IMG/VR virus record: IMGVR_UViG_3300033074_001499
Coordinates: 1 to 64,000 of that record
Direction: 5' to 3' (one strand)
From: a virus
Lineage: Duplodnaviria; Caudoviricetes
Length of the DNA: 64,000 nucleotides
Both the position numbers and the translations under genes were made by a program. Of the stretch, positions 41,481 to 51,119 are shown one piece after another (position 1 is the stretch's first letter; the number at the start of each line of letters is the position of its first letter). The notes below the pieces were generated by a model, which worked only from the letters and a program-made list of their open reading frames with translations, was not told the origin of the DNA and made no database searches.

Positions 41481-42563
41481 TTACCCTCTTTTAAATTTAC
41501 GAATGAATTCTGATTTTGTGTAAGCGTTCACCACTTTAACATCACCCATCAATTGATATTGAGATTTATACAATTGATGTTCTGGGGGAATGTCTTTGCA
41601 TTCAAGCTCAAGAATACAATCATTTTCATTATAGATGGCAGAAAGAACATCGTGTCCATAACATGCATAAACACCTCTCTTACCACCGTTCACAAATTCA
41701 CCAACCACATATTTAAAATTATTGTCATATGAAGATTGATAAATCCCTTCTTGATTGGTCCTTTCCACATTCTTAAAGAAAATATTGTCAGAAACAATCC
41801 GATCATCTTTCTCTTTACCATATAGAGCAGAGATATCATAGAGTTTATCAAAAGTGAAGTTGTTTTCTGGATAATCTACGGCAGATGCTTCAATTTCATG
41901 TAGAATTGAAATAGCTTTATCTAGTGAAAACTCTTCAGATTCTGGGAAAATCTTATCGAGATTCAAGCCATACATTCCTCCAACATGGTCTTTAAGCTTT
42001 TCCCAACTATCAATTCCAACTCCAGCAACAGTGAGCATAATTTTAAGAAATTGGGGTTTAGAGATTTTATAGCCTTTATCTGTGTATTTTTGAACACGAA
42101 TAGCAGAGATAATGGGATAAGCTGTTTTCTCATTAAATTCTAGATATTTCTGACTGTTGTGCTTCATGAAATCATCATGGAATACAAACTGTTCCGTTGA
42201 AAACTCAAAAGCTCCCATATTACAGGTGAAATCAAAGTCATTGAAAATGTCTTCTACAGTTGGGAAGAATTTGTACACAATTACTTGTACATCCTGTCCA
42301 GTTCCATTGTCGCGGAAAAGAACAGATTTATTTGTAATATTATGCCCAAACAGAGAATATTCGTATTCATGCTCTAGAAGTTCAATGAGCAATTGGAAAT
42401 CACTAACACTTCGGAAATAAACATCTACATCATTTACTTCACGATTGCAAAAAAGAGAAGTGATAGCCCCACCTGCAATAATAGCATTAGATTCTTTCAA
42501 AAGATCATAAACGTTATTGGAAATAAGTTTTTTCAGTTTAATTAGTTCTGATTTATGTTGCAT
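41481..42563 (-). CDS. Pol beta-superfamily nucleotidyltransferase (tRNA nucleotidyltransferase-like)
   Basis: IAGGAITS...NDVDVYF signature; DFDFTCNM. Confidence 0.75.
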   Translation of the reverse strand: MQHKSELIKLKKLISNNVYDLLKESNAIIAGGAITSLFCNREVNDVDVYFRSVSDFQLLIELLEHEYEYSLFGHNITNKSVLFRDNGTGQDVQVIVYKFFPTVEDIFNDFDFTCNMGAFEFSTEQFVFHDDFMKHNSQKYLEFNEKTAYPIISAIRVQKYTDKGYKISKPQFLKIMLTVAGVGIDSWEKLKDHVGGMYGLNLDKIFPESEEFSLDKAISILHEIEASAVDYPENNFTFDKLYDISALYGKEKDDRIVSDNIFFKNVERTNQEGIYQSSYDNNFKYVVGEFVNGGKRGVYACYGHDVLSAIYNENDCILELECKDIPPEHQLYKSQYQLMGDVKVVNAYTKSEFIRKFKRG

Positions 42564-42581
42564 AATTATTCTCCTTTAAAA

Positions 42582-43145
42582 TTAAATTTTATTTTTATAT
42601 TCTTCAATAACTTTCTGAAGAACAATAGACAATTCATCATGATAAGCGCTTATCATTCTTGCCCTACCTAGAAACTCTTTAGGAACATCCCTGCCACAAT
42701 CATCACAACGAACAAAATGTCCAAATCCAATATCATAGTGATTGTCATGAGGACAAGGACCATTTTTATTAAATTCCTTTACGATATCATTTAGAATTTC
42801 TTCGCTAATCATTTTTAATCTCCATTAAAAGTCATATTCTTTAAAAATCTTATTAAATTCTAATTCATGTTTCAACGAATCAATTTTCTTTTTAACTTCT
42901 TTTTGTTTATTTTGCTCTGTTTTAGAAACTTTCTTGTTATTGTAGTAATTCTTTTCAATCTTGCAGTTACGACAATCCCCACAGGAAGTATAGCGGTATT
43001 CTCCACCACATTTTACACAAGGATTGTAATAGAACATCAGTCTATGGGTCACTGCATCTTGCTTTGTCACAAATGCATTACCTGTAAGTTGAATAGCTTT
43101 TTTAATAAAATTAGAAAAAACTTCGGATTTATCTTTTCTTTTCAT
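42582..43145 (-). other. Two Cys-rich hypothetical CDS (42582-42812, 42825-43145)
   Basis: CxxC pairs; the second resembles the N-terminal zinc module of the 30642 HNH. Confidence 0.55.
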
Positions 43146-43188
43146 TACGTTTTCCTCTGAGACTCATTAAAATCACTTGATACACCCT

Positions 43189-43269
43189 ATCATACAGCAA
43201 AATTTCAGCTTGTCAACAGAAAATATTTCTATCACAGCTTGTTGACAAATAGATAAAATGTGGTACAAT
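43189..43269. promoter_or_regulatory. Divergent sigma70 promoter pair
   Basis: Minus: TTGACA(43211-16)-16-TATGAT(43189-94); plus: TTGACA(43242-47)-16-TACAAT(43264-69) with extended TG. Confidence 0.8.
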
Positions 43270-43275
43270 GGTGGC

Positions 43276-43645
43276 TATGAATGTCTTGTTTACATTCTCG
43301 GGATAGGAAATTGTGGGTAAACCTGTTCGTCTTTATCCTTAAAGAGCTGAATCAAAGCATGGCTCGACGTGAGAGATTGCCTGTAAAGGTTGGTAGCACA
43401 CGGCTAGGACTCCAGCTATTGGGAGGAAAGCTACCACGGAAAATAGTACAATGCAAGCTATTTTCTACCTCGCACCTTTGATTGGTGTGCCTCATGAATG
43501 AGGGGAATATTGTGGCTCCGAGGGGAATATGATTCTCTTGTTGACAGATTCTGAAGGGTAATCTATAGTCTGTTCTAGGCGCATTAGTGCGTATGGATGG
43601 GCTAGGGAGATTGCTACCTAGAATTTGTTCACCAAGGGGAATATT
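43276..43645 (+). ncRNA. Candidate structured non-coding RNA or long leader
   Basis: Directly downstream of a strong promoter; more than 10 consecutive hairpins; 3x AGGGGAATAT; no ORF with a convincing SD. Confidence 0.45.
43541..43569 (+). promoter_or_regulatory. Sigma70-type promoter
   Basis: TTGACA-17-TATAGT. Confidence 0.6.
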
Positions 43646-43662
43646 ATTAGGAGATATAAGAT

Positions 43663-44046
43663 ATGATTAAAGGTAAACGTAACCAATTAGCAAATGTTGG
43701 TAATAAATTCCAAACAGAAGTGAAGAAGGTTGTCTGTGTCTGTTCTGCTGGACTTCTTCGTTCTCCAACAGCAGCTAATGTTTTGCATATTAAATACGGT
43801 TTTAATACTCGGGCTGTAGGAGCAGATAAAGAATTTGCACTGATCCCTCTAACACAAGCTTTGATTTGGTGGGCTGATGAAATTGTTTTTGTAAATCGGG
43901 ATGCATTCGATATGCTAGATGAAGAAGAAAAACAAGAAATTGAAGATGTTGGTGTAAGAGTGACAATCCTTTCAATCGAGGATGATTTTGATTGGATGGA
44001 TGCAAATCTACGGTGTGAAATTCTAGAGCAATATGAGAATAAATAA
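43663..44046 (+). CDS. Low-molecular-weight protein tyrosine phosphatase-like protein
   Basis: VCVCSAGLLRSPTAA (CX5R P-loop). Confidence 0.75.
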   Translation: MIKGKRNQLANVGNKFQTEVKKVVCVCSAGLLRSPTAANVLHIKYGFNTRAVGADKEFALIPLTQALIWWADEIVFVNRDAFDMLDEEEKQEIEDVGVRVTILSIEDDFDWMDANLRCEILEQYENK

Positions 44047-44048
44047 AA

Positions 44049-45338
44049 ATGATTCTCACGAGATATAAGGGAAATTTCAAGCTAGAAATGCATTTCACAG
44101 GATGGTGGCATGTTTGTGTACATATCTATCAAAAGAAGAAATTACTATGGATTTTCCCCTATTATTCTCGTGTTTGGACAACATATAGACAAGAGCTTGG
44201 AACACTCCTTTCTCTGGAGCATTCTCCTAAATGGGGATTGACAGATGAAGAGAAGGGGTTTAATGTAGCTATGCAAGAATATGAATATTTTCTTAAACAG
44301 TGGGAGAAATGGAAATGAATATTAAAGAATTTCTTGAAAATAAAGGTTATGTCTTCTGGAAAGAAGATAGGGAAAATGAAGGTTCATACCGATCACAATC
44401 TATGAAATTTCAAAAAAGGATTAATAACCCTGATATTCCTGTGTGTGAATGTAATGAAAAACTTTTTATCAATGTTGGATATCACTTGTTCGATATTGGG
44501 AGTGGTGTTAATGAAACGTGTACAATCAGTATTTGTGCTGAGAATGAATCTTCTGATTGGTGTGATCTGAATATTTATAGTATTTCTGTGGACAAATTTA
44601 AACAAAACATTAATTATTATGAAAATAGTCTTATTACAATGTGGGAAGTATTTTATGATGGGGCTTGACAGCCCCTTTTATTTTTTCTAAAGTATTTACA
44701 TCAAGCCACACAGAGGAGATAAAAATGATTTACGAAATTCAGAAGAATAATGGTGAAAGTTTTCAAGTTAGAACTGAAGCATATCCAAATATTGACAGTA
44801 ATGGAATTATTTATTTCTATGAATCCACAGAGGAAGGTCCTAGGGCTTCATTGATCTATAAACTAGCCGAGGGTGATTCAGTAGTTTTTGTTTGCGATTA
44901 AGGAGAAATAAAATGAGTGTTTGCACTAAAGGTTGTATTGTCACTGATAATAAAAATGCATTCTTTTTCAAAGATGTTTTTGAAAGCTGGTGGAAAAATG
45001 TTCTAGAGTGGAAGAATATTCAAGGATGGCATGAAATGCGAGAAAGAGGATTTTCCACTTCCCCAACTATAGAACTTGTATATAGTTGCCATGCGCTGAA
45101 AATCTTCTTCAAATACGAAAATGAAGACAGGCAAATGTTTGTCATTTTCGATTGTGATTGTGATCTTCGTATTTATGAAGAAACTGAATCAGAATGTATT
45201 TGGATTAGTCTAGGTAAATGGGGACACAACGAAGAAATTATTCAAAGCCTTCTTGAAGAATTCAAAAAACATTCTGAAGTGGAGAAAGTTTATATTGACA
45301 GGGATGATAGTGATGATGTAGGATTTGAACAGCTTTAA
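44049..45338 (+). other. Small hypothetical CDS cluster (44049-44318, ~44315-44668, 44725-44901, ~44913-45338)
   Basis: Tandem ORFs with SD sequences. Confidence 0.6.
44660..44693 (+). promoter_or_regulatory. Composite terminator/promoter element, copy 1
   Basis: GGGGCT-TGAC-AGCCCC-TTTT hairpin containing TTGACA; TAAAGT 17 nt downstream. Confidence 0.75.
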
Positions 45339-45356
45339 CAATCTGAGGAATTTCCT

Positions 45357-45854
45357 ATGAACATCTTTGCCACTAACGAATGCCCTGTAAAATCTGCTCA
45401 GGACCATTGCAATCGCCATAACGTCAAAATGATTCTTGAACTCGCACAGATGCTTTCTACAGCTCATTTCGAGCTTGATGGAAATATTGTTGGGTACAAG
45501 CCTACACATAAAAACCATCCGTGCTCTATATGGATTCGGCAGTGTTCAGGTAATTACAAATGGGGTTATGAGCATTTCAAAGCTTTGTGCGATGAATACA
45601 GCTTTCGCAGTGGTAAGATTCACAAGACGTCAGAATTACTAGAATTACTGGGGAAAATACCCTCTAAAATCGCTTTTGGTGACAGGACACCGTTTGCTAT
45701 GGCTATGCCTGAAAACTACAAGAAACTGGGTATTTTTGATCAGACAAAAGCATATCAAGCCTATCTAAATGCTAAATTCAAAGAATGGGCTTGCAGAGAA
45801 AAGCCGCTTGCTGTAGAGTGGACCAAACGAAACAAACCGGAGTGGGTAAAATAA
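45357..45854 (+). CDS. Pyrimidine-dimer glycosylase-like family protein
   Basis: MNIF...VKMILELAQMLSTAH...YKPTHKNHPC motif. Confidence 0.6.
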   Translation: MNIFATNECPVKSAQDHCNRHNVKMILELAQMLSTAHFELDGNIVGYKPTHKNHPCSIWIRQCSGNYKWGYEHFKALCDEYSFRSGKIHKTSELLELLGKIPSKIAFGDRTPFAMAMPENYKKLGIFDQTKAYQAYLNAKFKEWACREKPLAVEWTKRNKPEWVK

Positions 45855-47482
45855 TGTACACATATCAAGACATGAAGTCTGCACTAAGATGGTGGGTGCA
45901 ATTAAGTGATGAACATAAAAATTCTATCAAAAAAGAAAGAAACATTAAAATTATGCGGGATATTGTCTGTTATTGGGTTGATAATGTGAAATTTTGCAAA
46001 TAGGAGAAAATAGAATGTCTATGTATGGTGAAGGTGTTGTAGAAATTGATCTTGCTGATTTCTGGAAATATGTCCATGAACAGCATCCATTTATTGGGGA
46101 AGTTCAATATGGAGTTCCTCGTGTAAATATTTCAAACAACACTATTGAAATTGATGTAGCTTTTGATACTCTGAATCACCCTACCGACTGGGCTGTGAAA
46201 AGTAAGGTTTTCCTTCAATGGAAGGAATTACGGGAGAAATAAAAATGAAACTAGACAATTATCAAATTGTATTAATTCTTTTAATCTTGGCTTGCATTGG
46301 TATTCTATTGAAATGTTATTCAGTTGATGTAAGGGGGTATAAATCTGTCTTTGAGCAATGTAAGCAGTTGTCAGGAATTGTTGTAAAAGATGAAAATGAC
46401 AAATATATTTGTATTCGTGAGAATTGGAGGAAATAAAAATGGGAATGTCTGACATTGAGAATTTGGATTTTATTATTTCCAGTAAAAAAACTCAAATTGA
46501 AAATGGAATTGTTGAAATTCAACGACAAACAATCGAAGCACAGAAGATTAATATTAAAGCTTTAGAAATCTTGATTGAAGATTTAAAAGAAAAGCTTGAT
46601 AAAGAGAAAGAATACAGGGAAACTCTTGAGCAAATCATCTATGAATTTGCAGTGAACGGGAATTAAATATGAATATTCTAGATTTTAAAGAATGGCTTGA
46701 ACAATTTCCAGATGATACAGAGATTGTAATTACTGTTAGTAAAAATGAATATTCCTATGGGGAATATTATGAATTTGTGTCATATGAAATTTTTGATTCT
46801 GAAGATTTTCATCATTGGACTTTTATTAAAAAAGACAAAGAACTCCTCTTTGGGAATTAAAATGCAAACACATTACGCTGTTTTCCAAAAGCAATTGATT
46901 GAAGCTGGATATGAATTCAAGAAAGACAACAATGATGATTGGATTTGTGTTGACAAAGCTTCTAAATGTGTTGTAGCATTGCATCGTCAGCTTGGAAATC
47001 TTCTTAAGCATCTTGAAAAAGAATTCGGAGAATAAGATTATGGAAATTATTCACAAAACAAAAGTATTTTATCGTGAAAGTACTTCCGAATGGATCATTG
47101 AAAATGATATTGTCATAGAAAGTGTGGGTGATTTTCTTTTTAGAGTTCCTTTAAAATACATGCCAAATATTGAAACTGTGATGCAAGAAAAGAACAGGAC
47201 AATGCAAGAAATTTATATTGGCTATATGCTTAAGGGAGAATAGAAATGCTTCATAGAAATTCAAAATTGCTTTACAGCTATTTCTATGAATTGGCTGTAA
47301 CTATTGTAAATGCAGACAGTGAATACATGATTGGATATACGTATGGGAAAGCATCTACATCAGCTTCATGGGCTAATTTTAAAACAAAAGAAATTTCAGA
47401 AAAAGAATTTTATAATTATAATAAATTTATAGCTCAAATTCATGATATACGATTGAAAGAACTTGGTTATGAACTTGATTGA
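45854..47482 (+). other. Cluster of small hypothetical early CDS
   Basis: About 8 tandem ORFs of 48-83 aa with SD sequences. Confidence 0.55.
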
Positions 47483-47831
47483 TTATTGTATTGAAAAAGC
47501 AAAAGAAATCCCATATGTGAAAGGACAATACAGACTCTATTCTGTGATTACAGATAAGAGAGGAAGAATTGTATCTGAGAGTGCGAATTCTTATTGCACT
47601 ACGCACCCTAAGCAATTCTATGCAGCTAAGAGAGTAGGGAAGCCTCTGAAACAATTCCTCCACGCAGAGTCGAGTGCGCTAATTAAAAGCAAAGGAAGGG
47701 GTTGTAAACTTTACGTTGCTCGTGTATTGTCAGATGGAACACCAGCAGATGCGATGCCTTGCCTTGTTTGCCAGATGATGGTAAAATTGCATGGTGGAAT
47801 TAAATCTATAGAGTATACAACAGGAGAATAA
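47463..47831 (+). CDS. Zinc-dependent cytidine/dCMP deaminase-like protein
   Basis: HAE...PCLVC motif. Confidence 0.75.
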   Translation: MVMNLIDYCIEKAKEIPYVKGQYRLYSVITDKRGRIVSESANSYCTTHPKQFYAAKRVGKPLKQFLHAESSALIKSKGRGCKLYVARVLSDGTPADAMPCLVCQMMVKLHGGIKSIEYTTGE

Positions 47832-47833
47832 TC

Positions 47834-48363
47834 ATGTGGAATTGGCCTAAATCTGATTTCTTTAAAAAAGAATTGTTTTCTATTATTGAAGAAATGAAAA
47901 AACAAGATAAATTGAAAGAAGGGTATTCTTCAAATTATGCTATTGATGCGATTGAAGATTTACAATACGCTATTTTGCTTAGTGTGATTGCTACTGAGCA
48001 ACATTGTCAGACTTGGCTTGACTTTGTAGCAAAAGAAGATTGTGATATTGAATATCAAGATACAATTTATGAATTTGTAAAGAAAGTGAATAAAATTCTT
48101 TCAGAAGAACAATGGAGTTTTGAATAATGTTCACCGTCTTTTTACTTACATTTGCCGTTGCCTTGAGTGTTATTGCAACTGGTCTTATTTCAGTCTTAGT
48201 TTCGTCTTTTATTTTAGAAATGAAAATTAATTGGATTGTAAAAATCATCCTAACTGCTCTCGTGTTCTCTTTTAGTGTTTCAATTAGCACTGTTACTGCA
48301 ATTTCAGTTGCTGATTATTTCTTTGAAGCACCAGAAAAACAGCTTGACAACAAAGAAAAATAG
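47834..48363 (+). other. Two hypothetical CDS (47834-48127; 48127-48363 membrane protein)
   Basis: ORF track; the second has two hydrophobic segments. Confidence 0.55.
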
Positions 48364-48371
48364 TGTAAAAT
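48344..48371 (+). promoter_or_regulatory. Promoter for the tRNA locus
   Basis: TTGACA-16-TAAAAT, ending 18 nt upstream of the tRNA-like gene. Confidence 0.7.
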
Positions 48372-48389
48372 AGGTGGTATAAAGAATTT

Positions 48390-48469
48390 GCGGGTATATC
48401 GGCTCTGCCTTCTAAGCAGTTGAAACCGTAACTGGACACATGTAGATTCGAGTTCTACTGCCCGCGCCA
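48390..48469 (+). tRNA. Atypical tRNA-Arg(TCT) lacking a canonical D-arm
   Basis: Acceptor GCGGGTA/TGCCCGC + GCCA; T-arm GTAGA-TTCGAGT-TCTAC; anticodon arm CTGC-CTTCTAA-GCAG; only ~7 nt between acceptor and anticodon arms; ~21-nt variable region. Confidence 0.7.
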
Positions 48470-48514
48470 AACCTAACCCACTTAATTGTGGGTTTCCATT
48501 TTATAAGGAAAAAC

Positions 48515-48697
48515 ATGAATTGCTTGAATTGTGGTAAAGAAAGCTCTAATCCTAAATTTTGTAGTAGGTCTTGTTCAGCTTCTTTTAATAATAAAATAGC
48601 CCCTAAAAGAAAAAGGGTTTGTAAAATCAAGGGCTGTCAAGAAATTGTTAAAAGTTACAGGTGGGAAGAGGTTGACAAACGTAAAAGTACACACTAA
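48515..48697 (+). pseudogene. Truncated HNH-endonuclease-type zinc-finger ORF between the tRNAs
   Basis: CLNCGKE...KFCSRSCSASFNN N-terminal module with no nuclease core; stops at 60 aa. Confidence 0.5.
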
Positions 48698-48731
48698 AAT
48701 GTATTTGTATTAACTCATAGGAACCAAATTA

Positions 48732-48806
48732 GGGCCTATAGCTTAAAGTAAAGCAGCCTGGCTCATAACCGGGAGGACTTAGGAGCGTTACCTATTGGGC
48801 CCACCA
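48732..48806 (+). tRNA. tRNA with CAT anticodon, probably tRNA-Ile2 (lysidine)
   Basis: Full cloverleaf GGGCCTA...TGGGCCC-ACCA; loop CTCATAA; C4:G69 and C5:G68 TilS determinants; atypical T-loop AGCGTTA. Confidence 0.85.
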
Positions 48807-48830
48807 AACAAAAATAGGAGAAATATTAAA

Positions 48831-49475
48831 ATGAAAGTAGAAATTGTTAGTTGTAGTAATCCGAGGTATTGGTATTTTTACAATGTGGGTCAAGTTCTTA
48901 ATGTTGAAGAACATCCATATTTTTCTGATTTGTACAAAGTTCCTGATGGAACCGTACTTTACAATTCAATCAGAATTGATGATTGTAGAGAAGTATTTGA
49001 AGTAATTCATAAAACAAAAGGGAAAATTGAAGTTATTGAAAGCACCGAACTATGTTATCAAATTGCTGGAAAAGCTGAACTAGTTTGGAAAGGCTATTGT
49101 CAACCAATTAAACAGGAGAAAGAGATGAAACAAGAATTTATTAAATCCGATCTTAAGAATTTTATGCGTGTTAAATATCGTGATGGATCAATGCGGGTCT
49201 TCATTGAAGGAAGATTCTATGCTCAAACCGCATGTTTGAATCATGTAGACAAATACACCCAAGAATTGTATAGGGACGACGGTATAGAAGATCCAACCGA
49301 TATTATTGCTGTTTATGATGAGCCTATTACGCGGGTTCTGAGTGAAGATGTGTACGGGAAATTAATTTGGGAACGAAAAGAGAAATCACAGCAAGAAATT
49401 GAACTAGAAAAACTTCAACAACAAATTAAAGAGCTTGAGAAACAAGCTCAGAAACTTAAGGAGACTCTTAAATGA
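48831..49475 (+). CDS. Hypothetical protein with C-terminal coiled-coil module
   Basis: SD TAGGAG; C-terminus KSQQEIELEKLQQQIKELEKQAQKLKE. Confidence 0.65.
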   Translation: MKVEIVSCSNPRYWYFYNVGQVLNVEEHPYFSDLYKVPDGTVLYNSIRIDDCREVFEVIHKTKGKIEVIESTELCYQIAGKAELVWKGYCQPIKQEKEMKQEFIKSDLKNFMRVKYRDGSMRVFIEGRFYAQTACLNHVDKYTQELYRDDGIEDPTDIIAVYDEPITRVLSEDVYGKLIWERKEKSQQEIELEKLQQQIKELEKQAQKLKETLK

Positions 49476-49813
49476 AAATTAATCCTGATGAAGTTGTAAG
49501 TGTACATCTCACTTATCGTCAAATTGCCAAACTTTATGCAATTATGGGCAGAGCCAGTGGTTGTGGTGCAAGTTCAGCTTGGGGTTTATTCAAAGAAATT
49601 CTAAAAGATTCTAAACAAGAAAAATATAATAATTTTATTTATCCAAGATGCAATGATGATGTTGTGGAGTATTCAAAATATCAAGATGAGTGGGAAAAAA
49701 TTATCTTTGGCTCTCCTAAGTCTGAAGCTGAAATTCAACTAGAAAAACTTGAAGATAAAATTAAAGAGCTACAAGAAGAAGCTCAAAAATTGAAAGAAAC
49801 AATGCAAAAATAA
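49472..49813 (+). CDS. Hypothetical protein with the same C-terminal coiled-coil module
   Basis: C-terminus KSEAEIQLEKLEDKIKELQEEAQKLKE. Confidence 0.65.
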   Translation: MKINPDEVVSVHLTYRQIAKLYAIMGRASGCGASSAWGLFKEILKDSKQEKYNNFIYPRCNDDVVEYSKYQDEWEKIIFGSPKSEAEIQLEKLEDKIKELQEEAQKLKETMQK

Positions 49814-49820
49814 TTTCATA

Positions 49821-49854
49821 GGGGCTTGACAGCCCCTTTTCTTTTGTCTAGAAT
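49821..49854 (+). promoter_or_regulatory. Composite terminator/promoter element, copy 2
   Basis: Same 20 nt GGGGCTTGACAGCCCCTTTT as copy 1; TAGAAT 17 nt after TTGACA. Confidence 0.78.
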
Positions 49855-50469
49855 TTAGCTATCAGAGACAAACAGAGGAAATTCAAATGAAAGGTTATGA
49901 GATTGTAAAGAAAAATCCCGATGGATGGACAAGAGCTTATGTTGTTTTGTGGGGAGGGAAAGAAGTAGCACAATTCCGCTATAAAGATAGCGCTGAGTAT
50001 TACATTAAAGAGGATCGAATGAATAGGAATAGAACAAAATGATTTTTCATCAGTGGCTGACAGATTTCTATCAGAATCGGAAAGAGCAACAATGCATGAG
50101 GCTTGGACAAGCTTTCTGTAATGATTTTATTTACAAACCCTTTCCTGAATTATATTATGAAAAAGATGAGCAAAAAGCTGTTGACACAATCAGTAAATGG
50201 CTTTATGATCACAACTACCTAACCACACTTCCTCGTAAAATAGGAGAATAAAATGAAAATTAAATTTGAAAACTCTAGTTTTAAACCTATCACTATCATC
50301 ATCGAAACACAAAAAGAACTTGACCAGCTTGTTGCTATGTGCAATCATTGCAATTTCGCTCATGAACATGAAAGTAACATTTCAACTGATATTTACTATG
50401 AGCTTGAAAGTTTTGTAAAAACTAAATATCGTGCCGATAATGCTATCGCTCTTTATGAGGTAACTGAAG

Positions 50470-50709
50470 ATAAAAATTGAACAAAAAGAAGCTGTATTTA
50501 GTCCTGTAGTTATCACTCTGGAAACTCAAGAGGAAGTAGATCAAATGTATTCAATCATGTATTGGAATTGTATTGTCAGTGAGAGTACACAAGTTGAAAT
50601 TGATACTTCAATTGAAGGCTACTTGTCTGGTAAAGCATCTAGTATCTCGCCTAAATACTTTCCTGAAGAAGGTAAAGTGGTGTATTTGAAAGAAAAGGAG
50701 GTGAATTAA
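50470..50709 (+). CDS. Hypothetical protein with non-AUG start, paralog of the upstream gene
   Basis: Open frame (I)KIEQKEAVFSPVVITLETQEEVDQ; GAGGT 8 nt before ATA; absent from the ORF track. Confidence 0.55.
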   Translation: MKIEQKEAVFSPVVITLETQEEVDQMYSIMYWNCIVSESTQVEIDTSIEGYLSGKASSISPKYFPEEGKVVYLKEKEVN

Positions 50710-51075
50710 ATGTCTTATATTAATATTGCAATGGATCAAGAAGAGTTTCTTAATTCTGTAGATTTTAGTTCTCTAACGCACGATCAAAGTTATCAGATTA
50801 TTAAATCCATTGATGACAGCGTGGGAGATTATGATTTTACAAAATACATTGCTAAAAATGCTTTGGAAATTTGCATTAATTGTGTGAAAGCTGATAATGC
50901 AGATGAAGAAGATTTTGAACTTCTTAAAAATGAAATCATGAGTCTTTTTGAGAAAGAATTTTAAAGGAGAAATAAAAATGGAACTAGCTTCAGATGGCGT
51001 AGATGTTCTTAAGGCGCTGATGAGTAAAGCTAAAAAAGAACTAGAAAAAGAAGAAAAATAAGCTTGACAATACAC

Positions 51076-51119
51076 TACCGCTTATGTACGATGTTTGTAC
51101 GTAGGCGGTATTTTTATTT
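51076..51119 (+). terminator. Terminator overlapping promoter 51064-51092
   Basis: TACCGC-ttatgtac...gtacgtag-GCGGTA followed by TTTTTATTT. Confidence 0.65.

Noticed and set aside
43320-43440. Hammerhead or other known small ribozyme in the structured region
   Set aside because: No CUGANGA core in the right context and no convincing twister, pistol or HDV-like pattern by eye
43281-43481. 66-aa ORF as a real gene
   Set aside because: No SD, it starts a few nt after the predicted TSS, its composition is atypical and it coincides with dense RNA structure; not excluded
48390-48469. D-armless element as a tmRNA
   Set aside because: No G3.U70 alanine determinant, no tag ORF, only 80 nt, and it has a true anticodon loop
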